64,000 bases of DNA. Source: Isurus oxyrinchus (Eukaryota). Each line of letters starts with the position of its first letter. The first letter of the stretch is position 1. Positions 28,951 to 41,785 of this stretch are shown in pieces. The notes below the pieces were generated by a model. It worked only from the letters and a program-made list of their open reading frames with translations, did no database searches and was not told where the DNA came from. Position numbers and translations under genes: made by a program. Location of the stretch: contig JANJGN010000140.1 in NCBI GenBank assembly GCA_026770705.1, positions 806,001 through 870,000 on the forward strand, read 5' to 3'.

Positions 28951-30046
28951 AATATAATTCTAAAATTGGCTTAGTTGTAGGAGACAGAGGGTGATGACAG
29001 AAAGATGCTTTAGTGACTGGAAGCTAGTGTCCTGTGGTGTACCACAGGGATCTGTGCTGGGTCTCTGATTATTTGTTACTGATATAAACGTAAGTAGATG
29101 CCTACATGTGGGGTAGGATTAGTAAGTTTGCGGAGGATACAGAGATTGGCCGGTTGGTTAACAGTGATGTTGAGTGTTCTGGGCTACAAGAAGATATGGA
29201 TGGAATGGTCAAATGGGCAGATAAGTGGCAGATGGAATTTAGCACTGAAAAGTGCGAGGTGATACACTTTGGAAGGAGTAATTTGACTAGGAAGTATTCA
29301 ATGAATGGGATGACACTAGGAAATTCTGAGGAACAAAGGGACCTTGGCGTGTGTGTCCATAGGTCTCTGAAGGCGGAGGGGCATCTTAGTGGGGTGGGAA
29401 AAAGGCATATGGGACACTTGCCTTTATCAATTGAGGCATAGATTACAAAAGTAAGGAGGCCATGTTGGACTTGTATAGAGCCTTGGTGAGGTCACAGTTG
29501 GAGTACCATATGCAGTTCTGGTCGCCACATTATAGGAAGGATGTGATACACTGGAGAGGGTGCAGAGGAGATTCACCGGGATGTTGCCTGGTATGAAACA
29601 TTCAAGTTATGAATAGAGGTTGGATAGACTTGGGTTGTTTTCATTGGAGCAGAGAAGACTGAGTGAAGAACAAATAGAGGTGTACAGGATTATGAGCGGC
29701 GTGGACAGGGTGAATAGGGAGCAGCTGTTGCCCTTAGTTGAAGGGTCAGTCACAAGGAGACATAAGTTCAAGGTGAGGGGCAGGAGGTTTAGGGGGCTTT
29801 TGAGGAAAAGCTTTTTTACCCAGAGGGTGGCATTGGTCTGGAATGCACTGCCTGGGAGGGTGGTGGAGGTGGGTTGTCTAACGTCCTTTAAAAAGTACCT
29901 GGATTGGCACGTCATAACATTCAAGGCTATGGGCCAAGTGCTGGTAAATGGGATTAGGCAGGTAGGTCAGGTGTTTCTCACATGTCGGTGCAGACTTGAT
30001 GGGCCAAAGGGCCTCTTCTGCACGGTGTGATTCTGTGATTCTGTGA
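28951..30046 (+). mobile_element. Truncated CR1-type LINE
   Basis: ISKFAEDT, WADKWQMEF..KCEVIHFG and LGLFSLEQRRL motifs, (GATTCTGT)n tail. Confidence 0.93.
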
Positions 30047-30829
30047 TAATATAAACTGATAACTGATACAGGTCTAGATCAATATCAAGTGAGACAGCAT
30101 CTATTGCAAAACTGTGACAGGGCCAAGTCCTGTGATTACTGACACAGGGACGAGATTATTATAAACTAGGACAGGGACTAGTTCAGTAATTAATGATACA
30201 GGATCAAGATCAATATAAACTGAGGCAGTGTCCTTTCCAATGATTACTGTTAGAGGGTCTGGACTAATATAAACTGAATCAGGGCCTAGAGCAGTCACTA
30301 CTAATACAGGGTCAAGATTAATAGAAACTGAGACAGGGTCCATTGCAGTGTTCACTGATACATGGTCCTGATCAATAGAAGCTCAGACAATGTCCAGTGC
30401 GGTCATTACTAATACAGGGTCGAGATTAATAGAAACTGAGACAGGGCCTAGTGCAGTGGTTACTGATGCAGGGTGTAGATTAATATAAACTCAGACAATG
30501 TCCAGTGCAGAGATGACTGACACAGGTTCTAGATTAATGTAAACTGAGACAGGGTCCACTGCAGCAATTAATGATACAGGGTCTAAATTAACATAAACTG
30601 AGACAGTGTCTAGTGCAGTGATTCCTGATATATGGTCTGGACGAGGATAAACTGAGACAGGGCCAAGTGCAAGAATTACTTCATCGTTGATGCCCATATC
30701 CCAAGAACGAATTAAAACACTACAAAATACTATGGGTTCTGGAAATCTAAAGCAGGGCAAAAAATAATCACTCAGCAGGTCAGTGGGCATCAATAGAGAG
30801 AGAAACAGGTCAAACGTTCAGGCCGATGA

Positions 30830-31100
30830 CAGGTGCAAAATCTCCCTTGGTACCAATCTATAGAGCAGGACTGTTCTCCCCACTATCCTAGTCCAGTATT
30901 CATTCTTCAACTAAAATCACATATTATCTCATCATTTTTCGCAGCTCTATTCGTGGGAGCTTGCTGTGCACAAATCACCGGATGGATAGCCAATGTTACA
31001 GCAGTGACTAAACTTCAACAAGTGTACATCAGCGAATTTCAAAGGCTTTAGGGTTTCATGGGGTCGTAAGCAGCGTTCTATAAATGTAAATTCTTCCTAA
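30830..31100 (+). mobile_element. DeuSINE fragment
   Basis: GTGGGAGCTTGCTGTGCACAAAT...CAGTGACTAAACTTCAA, similar to 4189-4530. Confidence 0.7.
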
Positions 31101-31919
31101 ATGTTAACATTTTAAAATGCTGGTTGTGATATGTTGAAAACTTTGAGATTAACATGATTGTAGGTCGCTCCTCTGGCTGCTGTTTTAAATTGTCCATTTT
31201 TAATCGGTTAAATCTTCCAACAAATTGACATTGAGTGTAATCCCAGCCTGTTCAAATATTCATCACTGATTGTGACAGTAGACCTTTCAGAATTGAATTA
31301 TTAATTTAAATGTATTTTTAATTATTTGAAATAAATAACATCTGTTCTAATGGATGTTGAAAATGTTTCTATTAATTTTATACCAACTGTCAATATTCTT
31401 AAAATAAACCCTTGTTTTGAGGTGAAACCAATCAATAAGTGCCTATGTTTATCTGGTTTTGCTGCAATGAACACTTCATTGAAGTCAGTCAGGCGTTTAT
31501 GTAAATAAACACAGAAATAGAAGTCCCAGATTAGATTCTGGAGACACAAAAGCACAGCAAATATTTCCCCATCAACACAGCACAGAAATAGCATCAAGCA
31601 TGCAAATACATCAGTAGCAATTGTTTTTGGGCATTTTTAAAATCAGTTATATGAGAATTATGTCACGATGATATTTATGTTCAGAATTAAGTAAGATTCC
31701 CACTTATCATGAAATATAATGTCATGGCAAATGTGTTTGTAGAGATTTCCTGCATTCTCTCTCTCTCTGTCTCTTTCTCCTCTCTGGTACTTTGTCTTGT
31801 CTCTCCACCATGGGTCACTGTCTTTACTCCACAACATGAAGTCAATGTCTAGCCAATATATTTTCTCAGCCCGATTCATACACTTCAAACTAAATTGATC
31901 AAATGAAATGAATTATAAT

Positions 31920-32865
31920 CCGTAGAGGGAACTTTATTCTAAATCTGTTTTGAGCATTCACTGACTTGAGAGTGCTTGGTGGGAAACTGCAGATGAAACT
32001 TTACTCTGTATCTAACCTGTGTTGCAGCCAGGAGCGTAGATTTGATGTGGCCGTGCCGAAGGACCTTTCCCTGTATCTAACCCGTGCTGTTCCTGCCTTT
32101 GGAGTGTCTGATGGGACAGTGTAGAGGGAGCTTTACTTTGCACCTAACCTGCACTGTGACTGCCCTGGGAGTGTTTGATACGACTGTGTAGAGGGAGATT
32201 TACTCTGTATCTAAACTGTGCTATACCTGGCCTGGGAGTAATTGATAGGGCCGTTTAGAGGGAGCTTTACTCTGCATCTAAACCACGCTATATTTGACAT
32301 GGCTGTAGACACTGTAGAGGGGGATCTGCCCCTATCTAAACCCTGGAAATACCTGTTGTGACGGTGCAGAGGCAGTTTTCCTCTTTACCTGCCCCCAGTG
32401 TCGAGCTGCCTGGGAAACGTCTGATGAAGAGTGCAGAGGAAACTTCACACTGCATAGAAGTCTTACCCTTACATGCCTCAACTGTGTTTGAGCGGACAAT
32501 GTAGAGGAAGTTTTACCCTGTTTCTGAACTGTGCTGCACCTGTCCTGGAAATGTTTGATGGCGACACTGTCGAGAGAGATTCACTCTGAATCTAACCCAT
32601 GTTATACCTGCATTGGGAGATTTTCAAGTGGCAATGCAGAGGGAACTTTACATTATTAATGTAGCCCCATACTACACCTGCCCTGGGACTGTTTGATGGA
32701 GCCATGGGCCTTGTCTATGCATTACACTAGACCTTGTCCAACTGTATCTAACCCGTGCTGTACCTGCCCTGGGAGTGTTCAATGTGAAAATGTAGAGGTA
32801 GCTTTAAATTCTGTGACTAGCCCCATGCTGCACCTGTCCTGGGAGTGTTTGATGGGACAGTAGAT
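31920..32865 (+). repeat. 67-bp minisatellite
   Basis: GGAGTGTTTGATGGGACAGTGTAGAGGGAGCTTTACTCTGTATCTAACCCGTGCTGTACCTGCCCTG-type units recur at 32101, 32168 and 32235. Decayed copies near 48580-48700 and 49330-49550. Confidence 0.9.
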
Positions 32866-32869
32866 CCTG

Positions 32870-33680
32870 TCTTGATATTGCGTTTGACCGTGACCCTGTC
32901 TCTGTTTATATTACAGTCGACCCTCCCTCTGTTTGTATTACATTAGGCCCTGTCCCTGTGTATGTTGCACCCGACATGTCTCTGTTTATATTGCACTAGA
33001 CGGTGTCTCTGTTTACATTGCACGAGGCCCTGCCCCTGTTTATATGACACTCAACATGTCTCTTTATATTATATTCGACCTGTCTCTGTTTATATTGCAT
33101 GAGACGCTGTCTCGGTTTATATTGCACTAGGCCCTGCCCCAGTTTATATTACACTAGAACCTGTTTCTGTTTATGTTACACTGATCCCTGTTTTGGTTTA
33201 CATTACATTAGACCGTGTCTCTGTTTATATTATACTAGGCTCTGCCCCTGTTTGTATTACACTTGATATATCACTGTTTATATTACACTCGGCATGTCTC
33301 TGTTAATATTTTTCTCGACATATCTTTGTTTATTTTGCACTAGACGCCGTCTCTGTTTATATTGCATTAGATCCAGTCTGTGTTTATATTGCACTGGGCC
33401 CTGCCCCTGTTTATATTAAACTGGGCCCTGTATGTTTATAATACACTAGACCCTGTCTCTATTTATTTTACACTGGACCCCGTTTCTGTTTATATTACTC
33501 TAGATCCTGTCTTTGCTTATATTAAACAAGGCCCTGTCTCTGTTTATATTATAATTGACCTGTCTCTGTATATTAATCTAGAACTGTCTCTGTATTTCAG
33601 TAGCCGCTGTCTCAGTTCTGTGCTAGATCATATCTGTATTTAAATTGCATTAGACCCTGCCTCTGTTATTACTGCACTAC
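32870..33680 (-). repeat. Satellite related to the 27-mer, reverse orientation
   Basis: TATATTACACTAGACCCTGTCTCTGTT-type units. Confidence 0.85.
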
Positions 33681-33869
33681 AGACGTGCCATAATGTGGAA
33701 ATTGGCTGGGGTGGAAATAGTGAAGATAAGGCAGCAAGATGGTGGGAACAATTAACATGGGGGCCTATTTAGTTGTTATAACTTGTCCTCCCTGCATCCC
33801 AGATTTGTGTTCATGATCCGCAGACCTCTCTTATATTGCAGATGTTTAAATTAAACCATTTAACTCCTA

Positions 33870-34270
33870 TTTTCAGGGTCTAGTGCAATAAAGTAAGGGA
33901 ATATACTAATGTAATATAAACAGAGGACAATTACATAAATAACTGAGACAGGACCTAATGTTACAGAAACAGAAAGATGGACTAGAACAGTAACAAAGAG
34001 ACAGGCCCAGTAAAATATGAACAGAGACATGGTGGAGAGCAGCAATAAGTGAGACAGAGTCCAGTGTTACAGAAACAGAAACATAAACTAGAGCAGTAAC
34101 AATGAGACAGGCCCAGTGTAGTATAAACAGAGACATGGTGGAGAGCAGCAATACTGAGGCAGGGTCTAGTATTACAGAAACAGAATCACGGACTAGAGCA
34201 GTAACAATGAGACAGGCTGAGTGTAATATTAACAGAGACACGGTGGAATGCAGCAATATTGACACCATAT
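33870..34270 (+). repeat. 27-mer-family satellite, forward
   Basis: GCAGTAACAATGAGACAGGCCCAGTGTAGTATAAACAGAGAC units. Confidence 0.75.
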
Positions 34271-34819
34271 TGAAGTCCCACAGAACCAGATAAGATTTGG
34301 GTGGAGATACCTCCAGGTGATTACCACCTATTGCCCTCCCTCAGCTGATGAATCTGTACTCTGTCATCTTTAGCACTGCGTGGAAGAAACACTGAGGGTA
34401 GCAAGGGCAACGAATATGCTGTGAATTTGCAAAATCAATTACCATTTGACAAGACCAAGAATGCCGGAGCTGGATGAGTCCTGAATGAGGTATCTGACAG
34501 GATGGATCTGCCACAGATGGTTAGAGAGCCAGCATGAGGGAAACCGTTACCTGATCTCCGGCCCACCACACTATTGATATAAATGTGATTGACCCCTGCA
34601 CTGTCCTTGTGGAAAACCAGGCCGGTATTCACACTGAGCACATTCTCCATTGTGTTGTGCAGCACTGCTGCTGTGCTAAATGGGATACATTCAGAACAGA
34701 TCTAGCAGCTCAAAACTTAGCATCAACGAGATACTGTTGGTCATTTACAGCAGGATAGTTGCATTCAATCACACCCTGTAATCTCATGGACCAGAATATC
34801 CCTCACTCAAACATTAGTG

Positions 34820-35495
34820 TGCCCATCCACAGATTCCTGAAGGTAGCAGAGCAGGTAGATGAGGTAGTTAAGAAGGCATATGGGTTACTTGCCTTTATTA
34901 TCTGAGGCATAAAACACAAGAGCAGGGAGGTTATGCTGGAACTTTATAAAACGTTTGTTAGGCCACAACTGGAGCACTACGTGCAGTTCTGGTCACCACA
35001 GTTCTAGGAAGTATGTGACTGCACTGGAGAGAGTGCAGAGGAGATTTACCAAGATGCTATCTGGGCTGGAGCATCTGAACTATGAGGAAAGGTTGGATAG
35101 GCTGGGCTGTTTTCCTTGGAGAACCATGCTTGAGGGGGTGCTGAGGGGCATAGGTAGGGTGGATAGGAAGGCACCTTTTCCATTAGTACAGGGGTCAAAA
35201 ACCAAAGAGCAGAGATTTTGGATAAGAGGTAGAAGGCTAAGAGGGGAGTTGATGAGAATCTTTTTCACCCAGAGTGTGGTAGGAATTTGGAACTCACTGC
35301 CTGAAAGGGTGGTTGAGTCAGAAACTCTAGTAACATTTAAGAAGGATTTAAATGTTCACTTAAGCTGCCATAGCTTCCAGGGCTATGGGCCAAGTGCGGG
35401 AAAATGGGATTAGTGTAGTCAGATCTTTGTTTACTGGGGCAGAAACGATGGGCTGAATGGCCTCCATCTGTGCTGTAATCATCTCTGAGTCTATA
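34820..35495 (+). mobile_element. Truncated CR1-type LINE
   Basis: ALERVQRRFTKML...LNYEERLDRLG...WNSLPERVVE. Confidence 0.9.
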
Positions 35496-35639
35496 AGTCT
35501 ATCATCTAGCCTGGGAATAATGAGGAATGTAGGCCAGCAGGTCAGAAGCAAGACCAGGCATACCTGAAAATTATGAACCATAGCGTGAAGATAGAATAAT
35601 GTACATAATGGACAACAGATTAGGTCTGTCCCCTCGCAG

Positions 35640-36730
35640 CTCAATCAGTCTACTCTCAATCATCAGTAAAGTGACTGAAGGAGTCGCCAAAATGCCCACC
35701 AAAGATCAGACTGAATCCACCAGGATCAGCCAGCATCAAAGCTCATTGTAAACTTGGTCTGAACATGGACAAGAGAGTGAACTTCCAAACATGATATATG
35801 AGTGCTTCAGTTCTTGATGTCAAAGTAGCTATTAACTGAGTGGGGCATGAGGAAGCCTTGGAAAGTGTCAGGTCAATGGGAATCAGGGTCAAGTCTCTCC
35901 ACTGGCTGGAGTTACACCTAACGAATATGAAGATGTTTTGTTGTTGGAGACCAATCATCTCAGCAGCAGGACATCATTCCAGGAGTCTCTCAGAGAAGTG
36001 TCCTTGGTCCAACCATCTTCAGCAGCTTAATCAATGACCTTCCCTTCATCACTGGGTCAGGAGTGGGGATGTTCGCTCATACTTGCACAGTGTTCTGTTC
36101 CATTTATGACCTATCAGATAATGAAACCATCCTTACTTATTGCATCTCGAACTGGACAAGTTTGTGTTGATAAGTTGCAAGTGATATAAGTGGCACACAA
36201 GTGCCAGGCAATGACCAACTCCAACAATAAAGAAACCAAACATCTCCCCTTGACGTTCAAAAGACATAACCATCACTGAAACCCACCATCAATGTTGTGC
36301 AGGTGCCATTGAAGAGAAACTGAACTGGACCAGCCATATAAATACTGTGGCTACAAGAGTAGGTCAGAGGCTGGGAATTCTGTGTGATTAACTCACTTCT
36401 GGATTCCCCAAAGCCTTTCCACCATCTGCAAATCTGCAAGTCAGATGCCTGTTGGAAAATGATTACTTTCCTTGACGAATGTAACTGCAGCAACTCTCAA
36501 GAACCTCCACACCATCCAGGGGAAATCAACCCCTTGATAGGCTCCTCATCCAGGAATTAAACATTCACTCCCTTCGCCACTGATACACAGTGGCTGCAGT
36601 GTGTGTCATCCACAAGATGCAATGCAGCAACTCGCCAAGGCCCCTTCAACAACACCTTCCATACCTGTGACCTCCACCTCCCAGAATAACAAGGGCAACA
36701 AGCACATAGGAACACAATGCCCTGCATCCT
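35640..36730 (+). mobile_element. Old CR1/L2-clade LINE (HER1-like), decayed
   Basis: Degenerate RT (..VLGPTIF..INDLP) and 3' region (CAGTGTGTGTCATCCACAAGATGC). The minus-strand relative is at 48720-49320. Confidence 0.65.
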
Positions 36731-37384
36731 CCTACACATATGACTCCATAGGTGGGAAATTGGCCTTTGGCGCTGGAAAAGAAGGGATATCTCAAATCTA
36801 ATTCTGCTGACTGCACTGAAAATGCATATCCAGTGCTGTGTAGCATATATGGCCGATCTGATACCGTCCTTTCAGGCTACTGCCAGATACCAATTTCTAG
36901 CCTAACATCTTTATTTATAATATTATCTCTCCATCTCACAGAAACATGGAGTAATGCAGCCATAATTTAAACAGAGGCATAGATAAAATCCAAATGCTGC
37001 AAATGCTGGAAATCTGAAATAAAGACAGAAAATGCTGGACAAACTCAGGAGGTTGGACAGCATCTGTGGAGAGAGAAACAGAGTTATTGTTTCGAATCCA
37101 TATGACACTTCTTCAGAAACATAGCCTAGTGTCATAGTTACAATGACCACTATAATGTAGACATAGTCAAGATTTAATATAACATAAACAGAGACAGGGC
37201 CTAGTGTAATATAAACAGAGAAAGAATCCAGTGCAATACAAACTGAGATGGCTTCCAGTGGAACATTAATGAGATAGGGTCTATTTTCATACACACAGAG
37301 GCCTGATCCAGCACAATAGAAATAAAGTAGTCCCCAGGGAATTAATAATCGAACCAGGATCCTGTATAACATGGGAGGGACCAT

Positions 37385-37895
37385 CGTGCAGTGAGAACGT
37401 CATTGGATCAGTAATCCAGAGATCCAGGCCTTTTCCCTGGGGGTAGAGGTTTGAATCCCTTTATGGCAGCATGTGGAATCCAAATTCAATAAATAAATCT
37501 GGAATTGAAAGCTCATCTCAATAATGATGACCATGAAACGATATTCGATTATATTAAACATCCATCTGGTTCACCGATGTCCTTTAGGGAAGGAAATCTG
37601 CCGTCCTTAGCTAGTGTGACCTACATTTTTTTTTTGTTCGTTCATGAGAATGGGGGCGGCGCTGGCTAGGCCAGCATTTATTGTCCATCCCTAATTGCCC
37701 CCTTGGGAACAGTGCGGCTTGTTAGGATGGGTTTTTACGACAATGTTTTCATGGTCATCAATAGATTTTTCGATTCAAATTTCACCATCTGCCGTGGTGG
37801 GATTCAAACCCAGACCCCCAGCGATTTACTAGCCCAGTGAGAATACCAGCACATCACCACCTCCCATACATATAACTCCAGACCCACAGCTTTGT
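37385..37895. mobile_element. Nested HE1-type SINEs (minus copy inside a plus copy)
   Basis: TAATCCAGAG...GGTTTGAATCCC, TGTCCTTTAGGGAAGGAAATCTGCC, with a reverse copy at 37626-37868. Confidence 0.75.
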
Positions 37896-38648
37896 GGAGC
37901 CCTATTCTCCAGTTATTTGTTTACTTGTCTACCACCATTTACAACTGGATGTGACAGGACTGCAGAGGTAAATCCGATCGGTTTGAATTGGCAACTTCCA
38001 GACTGTGTGATATAAATATTGGTATTGACTGGTGCAGTATTAATTGAAACAGGTACATTGAAATATAAAGAGAGACAGTGTTTGGTCTAACATAAAAATA
38101 GATTGAGTCCAATTTAAAAAGACAGAGACAAGGTCCAGTGCAGTATTATCTGAGACAATGCCTGTTTCATAGAATGTATCCTTCAAGATTTCATATCCAT
38201 CTGCTGGCCAAACGTTGCAATTGCAGCGACTGTGAAAATGTTGCTGTCAGGTTAGGTCTTTGACATTGTTGTATCAAGAATCCACTTCCCCAGGTGTCAC
38301 ACCACATCGCCTTCTGCGGGAGGTGTCAAAATTTAACAAAATTCAACTAATTGCAGATGAATGTGGTTGATTAGCGCATGTTAAAGCGGCACCAGAGTAA
38401 AGCGGCCCAATTCCTGGTGATGTAACTTTGTTCATCTTGATTAAAGGGAGGGATGTTGACCAGGGAGCTGTATAGGGACGGCAGGTGCTTTAATATCTAC
38501 CTCAGCAAACATAGTGTTGGGAAGAGTTTATTGGTTCATGATACCACCTGATAGACAGTTAGGATCATTTTCTTCAATAGTTAAGGCCTATGGAGCCTCC
38601 CAGGAAGTCAAGGTGGCATCTTAAGTTGAAGCACAAGATGCCATTTTG

Positions 38649-38684
<36 letters not shown>

Positions 38685-38859
38685 AAGATTGGGAGGGAGG
38701 GAAAGAGCGAGAAGCACGTCACATTGTTTGCAACTAAATTTCACGATGATCCTGGACAACCTTCCATCTATGAAAGGTCACAGACACACAATAGAAACAA
38801 ACCCATTTCAGATGTGCTGATTTCTAAGGAGGCCAATTGTTGTGAGGCAGGTGCTGCCA

Positions 38860-40300
38860 CAAGTGCTGCACATGAAGCTACAAAGTGTCGTTGTGGCTTG
38901 GTTATGTTTCCCAATTTTGGCCTCAATTTCCAAGCCGCTTTAGCCGCTGGTCATCGTGGTGATACTCGCCAATCCACAGGAGGTGTCGCCATTTTCCTCA
39001 GTTGTCAGTTAGTTACACTCAGTTGTGATAATCGATAGTTAGGGCCTTCACTTCAAGCTTCCTTGAAGCGGAGTTTTGGGTGTCCCACTGGTTGCCTGCC
39101 TCCAGCTCCCTCACCAAACAGAAAGTCCTTGTGTATGTGACCATCTTCAATCCTGCGAACATTCCCAAGCCACAAAAACCGCTTCTGTTTGATGGGTTCT
39201 GCAGTTTTGGGAGCTCTGCCTTTGTCAGTAGCACTGCATTCGTGACTTTTTCCTGCCAGTACATAACCAAAATGCGCAGCAGGCAGTGAAGATGGAAATT
39301 CCACTCCCTGGATCTTCTTTTCTTAATAACTGTAATTCGTCCATGTTTCACAGCTATAGAGAATGGTGCTGAGTACGCAGGCCTTATAAACCATCAGCTT
39401 GGTCCTAAGGGCCAGTTTGATGTTATTCCAGGGGCATTTCATGAGTCAGCCAAAGGTGGCAGCTGCTTTCCCCATACGTGTATCAAGTTCTGCAGCAAGG
39501 AACAGGCTGCCTATCGCCATGGAACACAGGGAGCGGAATTTACTTCCATCCGTTTGTTATTTAGTGTGATCAATGGCGGAAATACAACACCTTGTCCAAT
39601 GACCATGGTTTTCTCCAAGGCTATAGTCAGGGGGAGCAAGTTACAGGTATGGGAGAGTCAGTTCGTCAGTCTTTGTGAATGAGTTTCCCTTTTGATGACA
39701 GGGTTATCAGCGTGGATGAATTCTCTGATCAAGATTCAATGTGTTTATGTCTTTGCTTTCTGTCTTATAGATTGTGGAGCTTGTGGTCTGATCGAGTGTG
39801 TAAGTCGATTCCTTCCACACTTACATGGAAGACAAAGATCAACAGCATGGAGAAGGTGCCCAACAGAGTGGGGGTGGACACAGGCCTGTTTCACTCCATT
39901 CTTCACTCCGAATCTTTCGGAAGTGGAATCATCAATCTGTACAGTGCAGGGCATGTTGTCATGCGAGGAGTGAATGAGACTGAGGCGCTTTGGTGAACAG
40001 CCAATTTTCCCAAAAGCCTTGGAGAGTCCTATTCCGCTGACGGTGTCCAGCATGTGGAGCAAATCATGTCCAGAGTATAGCTTCTGATAAAAACATCACA
40101 TTGTGCTTCAGCCTGAAACCAGATGAAGTCTTTAAAGTATGACCCGAGCAAAGGCCTTCCCCGTTACTCTATGAGTGAGATATCCCTGTAATAGTTGCAG
40201 TCTCACCTGTCAGCTTTGTTTTCAGATAGTGTGGTGATTTTTGCACTATTCACCTCCTGTGGAACGGATCTTATCTTTCAGCAGAGAAGAAGAAGGTCGT
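38860..40300 (-). mobile_element. RTE (BovB-like) LINE fragment
   Basis: SERFGVKNGVKQ.CV and QKRFLWLGNVRRIEDGHIHKDFLFGE...GHPKLRFKE. Confidence 0.85.
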
Positions 40301-40310
40301 AAAGGCTGAG

Positions 40311-40600
40311 AAAGATAAATAATTATCAACCCAATTATTATCAACTCACGAAGGTAAATAATTATCTTCAAGAATTATCAGTTCACAAAGATAAATAAGT
40401 ATATTCACCAATTGGCATCCATTCACAAAGATAAATAATGATATGCACCAACTATGATCAATTCACAAAGATAAATATTTATATTCACCAATTATCATCA
40501 ATCCACAAGGATAAATAATCATATTCACCAATTACCATCAATTCACAAGACAACTAATTATAATCAGCAATTATCATCCATTCACAAAGATTAATAATTG
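40311..40600. repeat. 40-bp AT-rich minisatellite (~7 copies)
   Basis: ATTCACAAAGATAAATAATTATATTCACCAATTATCATCA-type unit at 40421, 40461, 40501, 40541. Confidence 0.9.
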
Positions 40601-41389
40601 CATGAACCAAGCATTTTCAGCATTTTATTCCATACAAAATGTAATTGCGATTCATTTAATATCATTAACATTGAGTGAGATCACATTGACCATTCTGTCA
40701 GTAAGGGATCATATCTGTCCCAGAATTCAGTGGGAAATGGAATTAAATCAGACCGAGGGTAATGAGCAGCTACCCAGCAGCCTCTGCGCTTTATTGAAAA
40801 GTAATCACCTCTTCATCACACAGAAACTCCTGTTATGTAACTGTAGTGTGTGTGTGGATTTGTAAAGTGATGGTATAAATAAAGCTACCTGGATCTGACT
40901 GTAAGTTAGTGAGGCTCTCCAGTGAGTAATGTCTGTTACCTTCGCTAATTTGAGTGAGGATAAGTTGAATGTTTTGTTTTACATGAAAGGACCATATGTT
41001 CCAAATATTACAATCCTCCATCCTAAACCAAATTATGTACCCGCTTTCTGACTGAAAGATGATGATTCCCCATCAGCGGGGAAGAATCATCAGTACCTCA
41101 GGGACATCTCCAGCCTTCTATTGGTGAATTTCAGCTCGATACCCTGGGGATGTACTACATTCAGAAAATCTGGAGGGATTGAAGGGATTAGACTGACACA
41201 AATGAAATACTGGACCTGCTTCAAGGCTTGAAGTCGTCAAACACAAAGATGAGAAGGTAAAACAGTATCTTCCGGATGCACGTATCGATACATTGATCAA
41301 TTCATTCACTGATCCTTTCATCAAAATGTTCAGGCATCCACCTATCATTCATTCTCGCATCGCTGTAGCCATCCCTCCATTCTTTGGCA

Positions 41390-41785
41390 GACGGTGGTGT
41401 TGTACTGATGTCACTGGACGAGTAATCCAGAGACCCAAGCTATTCTTCTGGGGACACGAATTCAAATCCCGCCATGGCAGCGAGTGGAATTTAAATTCAA
41501 CAGTAAATCTGAGATTGAAAGCTGGTCTCAGTGAAGGGAACCATGAATCTATCATCGATCATGGAAAAAACTAACCTGGTTCACTAATGTCCTTTAGGAA
41601 AGGAAATCTGCCACTGGACCTAGTCTGGGCTTCATGTGACTCCAGATCCACAGCAATATGGTGGACTCTAACTGCCCTCTGAAATGGCTCAGCAAGGCAT
41701 TCAGTTCAAAGGCAATATGGGAGAGGCAACAAATGATGGCCTTGCCAGTGAATCCCATATCCCGTGAAAGAGTAAAGGGGCAAAA
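41390..41785 (+). mobile_element. HE1-type SINE
   Basis: GGTGGTGT..TAATCCAGAGACCC..TTCAAATCCC head, TCCTTTAGGAAAGGAAATCTGCC body, CCCATATCCCGTGAA tail. Confidence 0.8.

Larger units (their letters stand above)
17130..30672 (+). repeat. Main 54-bp satellite array (dimer of related 27-mers) interrupted by retroelements
   Basis: Consensus GTGCAGTGATTACTGATACAGGGTCTA + GATTAATATAAACTGAGACAGGGCCTA over ~13.5 kb. Explains the LDPVSVITA/LGPVSVYIN pseudo-ORFs. Confidence 0.97.

Noticed and set aside
17130-30672. Satellite monomer loosely resembles an RSS (TGCAGTG + 24 nt + ATATAAACT), and its regularity resembles a CRISPR array
   Set aside because: It lacks the essential CAC of the heptamer and the nonamer matches only 6/9. 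There are no unique spacers, and the DNA is vertebrate.
19068-30793. Many minus-strand ORFs with LDPVSVITA/LGPVSVYIN repeats suggesting a repeat protein
   Set aside because: By-product of a 27/54-bp satellite whose unit is a multiple of 3. Frequent stops and frameshifts, no gene structure.
31600-31607. Perfect octamer ATGCAAAT
   Set aside because: 12 kb from VH, with no leader or V exon nearby. Expected by chance in 64 kb.
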